Of a stretch of DNA of 64,000 bases, positions 43,622-64,000 are shown piece after piece. Positions within the stretch are counted from its first letter, which is position 1; each line of letters opens with the position of its first letter. The notes below the pieces were generated by a model, which saw only the letters and a list, made by a program, of their open reading frames with translations, made no database searches and was not told the origin of the DNA. This DNA is from the human T2T-CHM13v2.0 reference genome, Homo sapiens. A program made the translations under genes and the position numbers. The stretch lies in the NCBI RefSeq assembly GCF_009914755.1, contig NC_060940.1, one strand, 5' to 3'.

Positions 43622-44722
43622 CAGCACTTTGGGAGGCCGAGGTGGGTAGGTCACTTGAGGTCAGGAGTTCGAGACTAGCCTGGCCAATGCAGTAAAACCC
43701 CATCTCCGCTAAAAATACAAAAATTTGCCAGGTGTGGTGGCACATGCCTGTAATCTCAGCTACTTGGGAGGCTGAGGCAGGAGAACTGCTTGAATCCAGG
43801 AGGCAGAGGTTGCAGTGAGCCAAGAAGGTGAAACGGGAAAAATTACCTTGTCCCCCTCGCAGGGCATGCAACAGGGGGATGTGGCTCGCTTTTTCAGTGC
43901 CCTGCTGCTCAAACCTCTAGGGGAGCATACAGGCAGGCAGGTTGTCGGGCTCCCACCCGATGGCGGTGTCTATAGGTGAATTTACAGCTGAAGCCCCAGT
44001 GGGCATATGTTACCAGGTGCTCTCTTAGTTTGCCATCTATAGGCGGTTTGTGTTAACCAGCTCAATTCACCCTCTACCTTGTTGCGAGGACAGAGGGATT
44101 TCTGTATCCCAGGTTCTTGCCTTTGTGTACCAGAGAAATCAGATCACACGTGGGCTTGGAGAATGAGTGCAAAGTTTTATTGAGTGGAAGTAGCTCTCAG
44201 CCGATGGAGGAGCCAGAAGGGCACCATGGTTTTTCCCATGGAGTTGGGCTGCTCAGCGGCCACAGCTTTCCTCCGACTAACTGCCCTGGCCAAACTCAGC
44301 CTCGTCCTGCCAGGTGCCTGTGCCTGCCGTGTGCTCTTCTGCTGGTGTGCTCCTCTCAACATCCTCTCCGTGAGCAGCTGCTTGTATCTTTTTCCGCTGA
44401 AGTGCTCCTCTCGACGTTTGGCTGCCTGGGTGTCTGCCCGCTAGGGTCTCGGGCTTTTATATGCCCAGGACGGGGGGTGTGGCAAGCCAGGGTGGTCTTG
44501 GGAAATGCAACATTTGGCAGGAAATGGCTGTTCTCATCTAGGTCCCTGGGGGTGAAGCCCTAGCCAGGGACCACGCCCTCCTCTACGGAGCACTTCCCCT
44601 ACCCCCTTCTTCCCTTCCCAGCACTCCTGTATCAGTGGTACCACTGCACGCCAGCCTGGGTGACAGAGCGAGACTCCATCTCAATAAATAAATAAATAAA
44701 CAAATAAATAAATAAAATAAAA
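43622..44722 (+). mobile_element. AluSx split in its right arm by an ERV1 LTR
   Basis: Alu stops at gcagtgagccaagaagg (43828) and resumes gtggtaccactgcacgccagcctggg (44635), ending in an (AAAT)n tail. Confidence 0.85.
43829..44634 (-). mobile_element. ERV1 solo LTR, LTR1-like (LTR1/LTR28/MER52 group)
   Basis: TG..CA termini; reverse complement starts TGATACAGGAGTGCTGGGAAGGGAAG; minus-strand TATAAAA near 44455-44461 and AATAAA at 44176-44181. Confidence 0.72.
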
Positions 44723-45254
44723 TCACCCAGGGAACTTTGGAAAATAGTGGTACCTAACTTCACCCAGAATGACTAAATCATAATCTTCAGGTATAGCCTG
44801 AACATTGTTTTTTTTTGCTTTTTTTTTTTTTTTTAAACTTCCTAGGTAATTCTAATATATAGCCAGGATTAAGAGCTTATCCATCCATAGGACAGAAAAA
44901 GTACTGCATCCAGGAACTAATAAATAATATAATTGAGCCATTGCTTCACTAAGAGCTTTGATACATGCCATCTCATTTAATCTTCACAACAACACTAGGA
45001 TGTAGGTACTAAAGCTGGGAGCCCACAGCTGGGAAGTTGACCATGAAGTGAGATGGGTCTTGGACAAATAAGGTGATTATATGAGTATTATGGATGGACA
45101 GTTTGAGTACAGCTTAATGATACAGATTGGAGGAAGATAACTTTCGAGGGGGAGACTCTGTCAAGGCTTTTTAAAGGTAGTGAAATATAAACTACAGTAG
45201 TACTTCAGGCAGAATTAAGAGCCTGAGCTTTTGGGATAGATAAACCAGTATTCA

Positions 45255-45619
<365 letters not shown>

Positions 45620-45624
45620 TTATT

Positions 45625-46140
45625 TATCTATTACTGTGTAACAAATTGCCCCCAAATTTAGTGGCTTAAAGTCATAAATATTATCCTATAGTTTCTCTGG
45701 GTCAGGAATTTGGTAGCCGCTTAGCTGGGTGGTCGTGGTTCAGAGTCTCCCATGAGGTTGTAGTTAAGATGTCACAGGGGGTGCAGTCATCTGAGGGCCC
45801 AACTGGGGCTGGAGGTTCTGCTTTTAAGATGGTGCACAAACATGGTGCTGGTTGTTGTTTGGAGGCCTTAAGTTTTCCCCATCTGGGTCTTTCCATGGGC
45901 TGCTTGAGTATCCTCATGACATGGTGACTGGCCTCCTTCAGAGTGAAAGATTTGGGCACAAGAAGGAAGCATGGTACCTTTTATGACCTAGTCTTGGAAG
46001 TCAAATACCTCCATTTCCATCACATGCTATTAGAAGCAGGTCACCAAGTGCCACATTCGAGGTTTAATAATTAAGCTCTACCTTAGGGAGGGAGGAGTAT
46101 CAAAGAATGTGTGGACATATTTATTTTAAAAGCATCACAG
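45625..46140 (-). mobile_element. MLT1 LTR
   Basis: tattactgtgtaacaaattgccccc.aaatttagtggcttaaa..tctgggtcaggaatttgg..aaaagcatcaca. Confidence 0.72.
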
Positions 46141-47119
46141 CATGTCTGTCTCTAAGCCTCCAGTTCCTTATTGGTAAATGTGGTTGTGAAGATACAGTGA
46201 TACAGCTACAAATGGGATCGTGAACAAGCCCAACCTATAGTAACATGTGGCTTACTAAATGGTGAGTAGTGGTTTATTGCCATTGGTGGACATTGTGACA
46301 TTCCAGGCCAAAGACCCAAAGATGGGAGAAGAGACAGGATTTGGTCCAGTCACAGGAAACCAGCATCGCTAGCTCCTGGAGTGTGTGAGGACATAGGGAT
46401 GAGATGGAAGCTACGGCTAGAAGGCAGTTAGGGGGTGGATTATGGTTTTCAGTAAAAGAAAGAAGTTTGGGCATTATTCCATAAGCAAGAGATCATTCAA
46501 AGGCTTTTGAGCAGAGGTAAAATGGGATTAGGCTGTTTTGGAAAGATAATTCCTGAGACAGTGCAAAGGACATCTGAGATTGGGGAGAGCCTGGAGTTGG
46601 GGCTACTAGTTCCAAGCCTGTCTTTATAGCCGTAAGGTATTGAGTTAGGGCCATGTTAGTGGAAAAAGGGGGTTGTGGGATGGGTAGAATGGATGGATGA
46701 CCCAGGATAAATTTAGGGGTAGAGAAGGGTTGTACCTGAAATGGTGAGATTTGCTCCTGGGTATGTGGGTGGCCCATAATGGAAACCAAGGGACCCAGCG
46801 AGAAGAGCAAGTGCAAGGGTTAAATGATGATTCCTGTCTGGGGCACTTTTAGATTGAGGTGCTTCTAGGATATCCATGCCAGAAACATTGGCCTAAAGCT
46901 TACAAGTAGGATATGAAGAGAAACGGTTTGGGAATCAAGAGCCCCACATTGAATGTATGGATTAAGTCAAGATGGACAAGGGCTGAACCGAGGGGTAGCC
47001 CAGAGTTGATTCCAGTTCAATGAATGGCACTTACTCTAAGTCATGTGTAAGTGTAACAATGACTTGTTTCAACTTAGCGTCTATGTTGATTTTAAATGAC
47101 TGACAAGGAGAAATAGGGG

Positions 47120-48248
<1,129 letters not shown>

Positions 48249-49530
48249 GAAGTGTAATGGAGAATGTGGAGAAATTTAAAGTCCCTTTCTCTTAGAGATC
48301 ACCTACATTTTGCTGAAGATTGCTTACATTTTAAAATAGTATTCCAGGTTTTGTATAATAAAAATGATACATGCTGAGTGAAAAAATTCAAACAAAACAG
48401 AAAAATCAAAAGAAAAATGCACAGATCACCGAAGAGCTGGCCTCCCAGATATAACCATTGTTGACATTTTGGTGAACTTTTCAGATGCTTTTCTATGTAT
48501 CTCCATATGTATATAGATATAAAAAAATGTGTAAGTATTCCTCTGAGACCAGAGCTAAGAGTGAGAGAAAAATTGAGGTGGAGGGAGAAGCACTGAGAAA
48601 GTTCATGGTGGGTGCTGTCACTCACGTTCACATTCATGTAGGTGTGAAGGCATCTGCTGAGAGGGAGGCAGAGGTTTATGGAGGAGGGGAGGGGGTTGCA
48701 ACAGCTGCTGTGGTGAAACCGACAGGGAATCAACGAGGGATAAATAGGGATGGCCCAGCTGATGGCCTGAATTTGTGGTGCATATAAACAGCCTGCTTAT
48801 GTGATTGTCTCCAGCAACCCTCCACAGCTCTGGAAAGGGGGTGGAGAACAGATGGTTGGTAAAATCAGGGTTGAAGACTGGCAAAGCTACTCTAGTAAAA
48901 GGTCTAGACTGGGCCCAGGGGATCGTAGGTACAAGTGAAAGCATTGTTTCCTTTTTAAAGAATGTCTTACATTTTTAAATCATAAATTACCATATTTTCT
49001 GAATTATGTTAACGCTTTAGCAACCAATTTTCGGGAAGAGAAAGAAATCCTACATTAGGTGTTCACATTGAAAGTAAGAAATATACCAAACTCAGAAACA
49101 CTAAGATGAGGGTAGTGGGGTCCATCTTAGAATCAAGACAGTTTGTTTTTAAAGATTCCAATGTGTGGATCTTAATTGGATCCCAATTCAAAAAAACGGT
49201 ATAAAAAATTGGAGACAACTGAAAATTTGAACACTTAATAGCTGATGAAATTAAAAAATTATTATTTAAGATATGATGATGAGAATACTAATTTCATAGT
49301 CATGATTAAAAAGTTATTACTTTTCAGAGAAACATGCCAAAATATTTATATATGAAATTACATATTCTATGGACAGGGGTGAGGGAGGGAGGGAAGCTTC
49401 CATTCACTGACATGGAGAACAGTATAATTGAAGCTGGTTGATGGACACATGGATTCCTTTTAATTTTTTCTGTCTACTTTTGTATAGCTTTTAAAATTTC
49501 CATAACAAAAATTTTTTTAAATGAGATTAG

Positions 49531-49830
<300 letters not shown>

Positions 49831-50322
49831 ATTAAAATGAGATTGTTCAAAGCTCCTTATGAGCACTTGATAGTGTAGGAGATGTGCCCTGGGCGAGGTG
49901 GTATCTACTGGAGAGCAGTGAACCAGGAGGGCTGGGGGCCATTCCCTACTGGAGGTGGCTGGAGTGACAGACAATGGAGGACTGAGTTTTCCTATGAGCA
50001 TGCTGAGAAACTCAAATGGCATTGAGGGAAAATGGCCCTGGGGAAAGGGGAGATGGCAGGTGCAGCCCAACTGACAAGTATTGTGGTGCTGAGAAGGTCT
50101 TGGTCACCCCTCCAGAGACCCAGCTCTGAATGTGCACAACTTCCCAACCAATTCTCTTATGTTAGTCTCAGATAACGCCAACCCTCCCACCAAACCCAAA
50201 CCCAGTTTCCCCAGAAACAATGAGAAGGAGGATTAACATGATCAAAGCCTTGGGTTTGTTCTAAAGAACAAGTCTCCAATAATCTCAGAGTTCCTGGGGA
50301 ACAAGGACATGGCTTTCTATGT

Positions 50323-50544
50323 CAAGGGTCAGCAAACTTTTCTATAGAGGATAGTTAAGTCTTTTAGGCTTTGCAAGCCACAGACAGTCTCTCAGCTACT
50401 CAACTCCCCAGCTGTGTCATGAAAGCAGCCATAGATGTACCATATATGAATGAATGGGTGTGGCTGTGTTCCAATAACACTTTATTCACAAAAACAGGTG
50501 GTGGGCCAGATTTGGCCCATGAGCTACGGTTTGTTGATTCCCTG
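50323..50544. mobile_element. MER58A (hAT-Charlie MITE)
   Basis: caagggtcagcaaactttt..ttttaggctttgc..gtgtggctgtgttccaataa..gggccagatttggccc..ttgttgattccctg. Confidence 0.8.
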
Positions 50545-51201
50545 TTTCAGGTGGACACCAATAGCCTTCCCAAACCATGGTCTCATGTAAAAGCAAAAAA
50601 ACCAACATAATTAGAAGTAAGTAGTAGGTGGGAAAGATGGAAGGAGAGAAAAGTTTATGATTACATCAGGAGTTCAGGAACTTGATATGTGACAGTCTTC
50701 AGTGATGAACCATTCTAAGATGTGACCTTTCTGTTGGGTGACTGACCCAGAGGGATGGTAGGGGTCACTAGAAACATGTGGACCCAAAGTCATGGTATTG
50801 CGGGGGTCATCAGCATAGATAATGAAGTAGCTGAGAACACTGGGAGGAGACAGCTGAAGAAGATGACAGTGAGTCAAATCCCAAAGTTGCCAAAGGAAGT
50901 GTAGGAATGTTCTAGAAGTCAAAGAAGTGACAGTGTAGTGTGGTGGTTAGGAGCTTGGAAGCACTAGAATCACACCTCTGCGTTCTAAACCCAGCTCCAC
51001 CACTTCCAGCTGTGTGACTTTGGGCAAAGATGACTTAATCCTTCCAAGCCTCAGTTTTTCCATCTGAAAAATGGCCTTTCAACTGAACAAAGTTCCCCCC
51101 GTAAGAGGAATCCTAGTGCCAACTATTATTATATTTCATTATTGGTACATATACCAAGCAGGTATGTTCCAGCTAAAGGGAATTATTTATTTAGCTAATA
51201 C

Positions 51202-54936
<3,735 letters not shown>

Positions 54937-54937
54937 T

Positions 54938-55608
54938 TAGTAAAGCGTTTTCCCTGAGTTCTATGAGCTGTTGTAGAAAATTATCGAACTTGAGGAGGGG
55001 GTTGTGGGAGCCCCCAATTTGTAGCCAAGTCAGACAGAAGTGTGAGTAACCTGGAGACCCATTCCTTGTGACTGGCATCTGTAGTGGAGAGCATTCTTGT
55101 GGGACTAAGCCCTTATCCTGTGGGCTCCCTGTGGGCCTTCTGTGGGGTCTGCACTAACTGTGGGCAGTTAGTGTCAGAGTTAAATTAAATTGTAGTGCCT
55201 GTAATCCCAGCACTTTGAGAGGCCGAGGCGGGAGGATTGCTTAGGGTTAGGAGTTTGCAACCAGCTTGGGCAACATAGTGAGACCCCTATCTCTACAAAA
55301 CATTTTTAAATTAGCTGGGTGTGATGGCAGACACTTGTAGTCCCAGCTACTCCAGAGGCCGAGGGGAGAGTATCACTTGGACCTGGGAGATGGAGGCTGC
55401 AGCGAGCCATTAGCATACCACTGCACTCCTGCCTGAGTAACAGAGTGAGACCCTATCTCAAAAAAAAATAAAAATAAAAACAAAATAAAAAATAAATTGT
55501 AGGATGCCCAGTTGGTATCTGCAGAGAGCTGGAGAACTGCTTGGTGTGAAAAACCCACACATTTGGTGTCAGAAGTCTTGCGAGTAGAGAAACAAAGGTT
55601 TTTCCTTT
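54938..55608 (+). mobile_element. MER21-type LTR, 3' part, split by AluJ (55196-55493)
   Basis: tttccctgagttctatgagc..gaggagggggttgtgggagcccc..tgtagccaagtcagacagaagt..ttggtgtgaaaaacccacacatttggtgtcagaag; Alu TSD taaattgtag. Confidence 0.72.
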
Positions 55609-55779
55609 TAGTGCCCTCAAGATGTCCACATCCAATTCCCAGACCTTGTAAATATATATGTTCCCTTATATGGCAGAAGGGACTTTGCATATGTGATTAA
55701 GTTAAGGATCATAAGATGGGAATTAGTATATGAGTTTCCTAGGGCTACTGCGAGAAATTACCACAAAGTTGGTGCTTAA

Positions 55780-56001
<222 letters not shown>

Positions 56002-56406
56002 TGAAATCAACCTAATAGTGCATACAGGGAGGTGACTACAGTGAAGAGATGATGCCCTCATGGAGAGGAGGAAGTAAAATAAATTGGATTTGGGACATGT
56101 TTTGAGGTTGGAACCAAGAAGACTTGCTGATGGATTGGATGTTGTGGGAGAGAGAGGAGTCAAGAATGCAACAGAGATTTCAGGCCTGAGCAACTGGCTG
56201 AATGGGATCCCTTTACTGAAACAGAGTAGGGGAAATAACAGTTCTCTTTTGAAAATTTAATGAGTACACTGAAAAATCACAAATTATTGGGAATAAAAAT
56301 ATGAAAAGTTTTTTCTTTTTTCCCACTAACCACCACACTATATTACATTGACTCCATCTGCCATCTGGATAGCAGCTCTTTAATACTTTTTGGCCCAATT
56401 CCATAA

Positions 56407-57418
<1,012 letters not shown>

Positions 57419-58481
57419 TAATCTCTCACTTAAATCCAGCGTCTCCTTTAAGTATGAATGTGGACAACAAACCTCAGTAGTTTCCATAGTATCTGTGAGT
57501 TTGTCCCTGACAGCAATCACAGATATTCTCCTGTCACATTACAGTTGTTGCAGAGATCGAGAAATACCATTTACACTTGTCACACCTTTCAAATTACAGT
57601 AGTTAATTGGCCTGCTATTAGCTCTTGTTATTTACTGCATAATTTAGAAGCGCATATATTACTATATCAGCAGCTCTTGTTTTAATATTTTGATACTTTT
57701 ATTTCAATATAATTGGTTTGCTGTAATCCTATGTATTTACTTTCATGTTGTTAAAAACATTATTGTGAGAAGGAATCCAAACCGCCAAAGTAGAAAGGGA
57801 TCCGTGACACAAAAAAATGAAGATCCCCTGTGAGAGGTTTGAAAAGGGTGGGGAGGTAGGTGGTCTGCTCTTCTGAACATCCCCCTTGCCTGGGCCCACC
57901 CTTTAAATCCAGGAGAGGGAGACTGGGGAGTAGGTGGGTCTCCTTAAATTTTTCCTTTAGTCACACTAGAGAAAATGTGTAATCAGTTACAAAGACGTTA
58001 AATAATACCACAATCTGGGAATATTTTATCAAGAAATATCAAGTATCACAGCCTTGTTTTTTTAAAAAATGGTTATATCTGAAACCCACATGGGAGCATG
58101 TGGTCTTGCACTTCGCTGCTTGGCGAGTTCTGCTATCTGGACACGTATGCAGCTTCAGTGATGGAGTTGGTTAAATGGGACTCAGCTCTGTGTGTAACTA
58201 GGAGAATGATTCAGCCTGATGCTGGAGTAATAACCGCTTGTTGATCTCCCAGGGTAGAGATTAGTGAAGGGGCCAAAGCAACATCATATCCTGGTAACCA
58301 TGATTTCTAAATATGCTTTAGGCTACAGAGAGTAAAGCTCTGCAGGTTTTGGAGCTGTTCGTATGTTCACAGAAGGCTGGAATTGAAAGAATCCTATGAG
58401 ATTCCATCCTAACGGCTAGTCACCATATGTCTGGGAGTACCATTCCAGATAACCTCTGTTGTACTTTTTAGAAATATTTTA

Positions 58482-61872
<3,391 letters not shown>

Positions 61873-62203
61873 TCAATAACATTTGAATGGAGATCAGAAG
61901 CAGTAATAAGACAAACCAGGAAAAAGAGGTGTCAGGCCTTGCACCAGCCCCAAGGTGCATTTGAGCAAATTAGAAAAAGGTATCCTCACCTTAGGGCAGA
62001 TGTGGTCACACACCCAGGAGCAGAGCATGTGCTGGGTTTTAGCACCCTTTGGCCGATCTGCTGGGTGCCCTTGAGCAGAGAACAACCAGGACCTCTGTAC
62101 AGGGTGCCCCTGGCTAGGGGTATACTGGAGGCAGAGGAAAGCACCTTAGCAAAGGCCCTGAGGTGGGAGAAGCAGACACATTTGAGGAGCTGCCAAGTGC
62201 CAG

Positions 62204-62789
62204 TGAGGCAGGAGAATAGGGTCTGGAGGCAGGGAACCAAAGGCTGTCTCACACTGACATCCTAGAACTAAATTGAAAAGAAAACCCTAACTTTCCACGC
62301 CTAAGTAACAGAAGGACCAGAGGCTACTCCCTTTTCAAATCCCAAAATTTCCTGCACAGCTGATGGGAAATTGGCTGTCCACAACCAATCAGACTGATTG
62401 CGGGCCGAGTCTTTGTTTGCATAGAAGTCTTTGTTTGCATAACTTTATAACTTCACTTCAGCCTCTGGTTGGCTGCTTTCTACAACCAATCAGACTGATT
62501 GCTGGCTACCACTTACTTCATTTACATGAGGTGAGCATGAAGTGGCCAAAGGGAAACTTCTAGGGGGTATTTGGACCCAAGAAGATTCTGTATCCTGGCT
62601 CTTGAGCCGCTGCTTGGGTCCGCTCCCACACTGCAGAGTGTACTTTTGTCCTTTCGTTTTCAATAAATCCCTGCTTTTGTTCTTTTGTTGCTTCATTCTT
62701 TCTTTGCTTTGCTGGGCGTTTTGTACAATTCTTTGTTCAAAACGCCAAGAACCTGGACAACTTGCAGTCACGACCCTCTACCAGTGACA
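62204..62789 (+). mobile_element. MER51 solo LTR (ERV1), sense to IQCK
   Basis: Starts TGAGGCAGGAGAATAGGGTCTGGAGGCAGGGAACC; two ccaatcagactgattg boxes; AATAAA at 62662-62667; ends ..ctctaccagtgaca. Confidence 0.83.
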
Positions 62790-63077
62790 CCCGCAGGGCC
62801 GGAGCATGAGGAGCAAGGCTGCTGGGAGGGGATCCAGAAAGTTCTCAGTAAATATCAGCCAGTGAGAATGCATTAGAGCATCATTCCCATGAATTCACTG
62901 CCAACACACCAAGGTCTCCTTAAAAACACCAAGGTCTCTCTAGAAGCTGTTGAATTTTAACTAGTGAAGGGAAATTACTTCAGGGATGTGATTTGTTGGT
63001 GTCACACAACTGAGATATAGAGAATCAGGACAGTGGATGAGGAGAGACATTTAATGTGGAAAACAGGGAGCCCGGGC

Positions 63078-63496
<419 letters not shown>

Positions 63497-63734
63497 TGAA
63501 AGGAAGAAAGAAAGAGAGAAAGAGAGGAAGAAGGGAAAGAACGGAAAGAAAGGGGAAAAAAAGGAAGAAATGGAAGAATCACCTAGAAAAGAAAGAAAGA
63601 GAGAGAGAGAGAGAGAAGGGAGGGAGGGAGGGAGGGGGGATGGAGGGAAGGAAGGAAGGAAAGAAAGAAAGAAAAGGGGAGGGGAGGGGAAGGGAAGGGA
63701 AGAAAGGAAAGAAAAAGGAAGAAATGGAAGAATC
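63497..63734. repeat. Purine-rich (GA) low-complexity tract from the Alu tail: (GAAA)n, (GA)n, (GGGA)n, (GGAA)n
   Basis: Direct reading; about 240 nt that are almost all purine. Confidence 0.9.
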
Positions 63735-64000
63735 CCCTTTACTTGGTCTCTTAGAAAGGACCTGTCCAGCCAGAAAATCAGAGCCTGGCAAAAGCACTGC
63801 ACTCAACTGCTGATAACTTCTGTGTTCTTTGTGGCTTTGATTTCTTTGGTTCTGGAAGAATTCAAAAGAGCATTCATTCATTTAAACAAATAGACTATAT
63901 CAAGCTTTTCTTTTTCTTTTTTTAAGTCAGAGTTTTTGGAAGGAAATGAAACCCTTGTATCCTGGAGAATCATGCACTGTTGCCAGTTAGCTTTGCAGTC

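Noticed and set aside
44117-44563. 148-aa GC-rich ORF
   Set aside because: Lies wholly inside the ERV1 LTR, with no gag/pol/env similarity.

Overview
Human/primate genomic DNA with roughly 60-65 Alu pieces by hand count, plus MIR/L2/L1 fragments, MaLR/ERV1 LTRs and DNA-transposon fossils. The window lies entirely inside the + strand gene IQCK (IQ motif containing K; 16p12.3 from memory). Five internal coding exons (7233-7297, 10501-10630, 12156-12253, 40651-40703, 40838-40915) have GT-AG ends and compatible phases. They splice into one open frame: EYEAEQPPFPEGYKVKQEPVIT-VAPVEEMLFHGFSAEHYFPVSHFTMISRTPCPQDKSETINPKT-CSPKEYLETFIFPVLLPGMASLLHQAKKEKCFE-RKRTKFIACDFLTEWLY-NQNPKRAGEPFTEFFSIPFVEERLKQ(H). 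I recognise this as IQCK; the first exon and the IQ-motif exons are outside the window. Nearly all ORFs in the supplied track are Alu or other repeat artefacts. I see no new gene or multi-gene system. The most unusual signals are structural: (1) one TSD enclosing a MER41 fragment, an inverted AluY and a 5'-truncated AluY (41438-42054); (2) a MER41A solo LTR sitting exactly between two ~150-bp direct repeats instead of a 4-bp TSD (37331-38180); (3) an inverted local copy of an AluJ arm plus its TSD, bracketed by perfect snap-back hairpins (13028-13986); (4) splicing features of IQCK: an alternative terminal exon, a 228-nt stop-free circRNA candidate and a distant-branch-point acceptor. Repeat subfamily names come from memory of consensus sequences, and repeat boundaries are approximate (about +/-10 bp unless a TSD/TIR is quoted).
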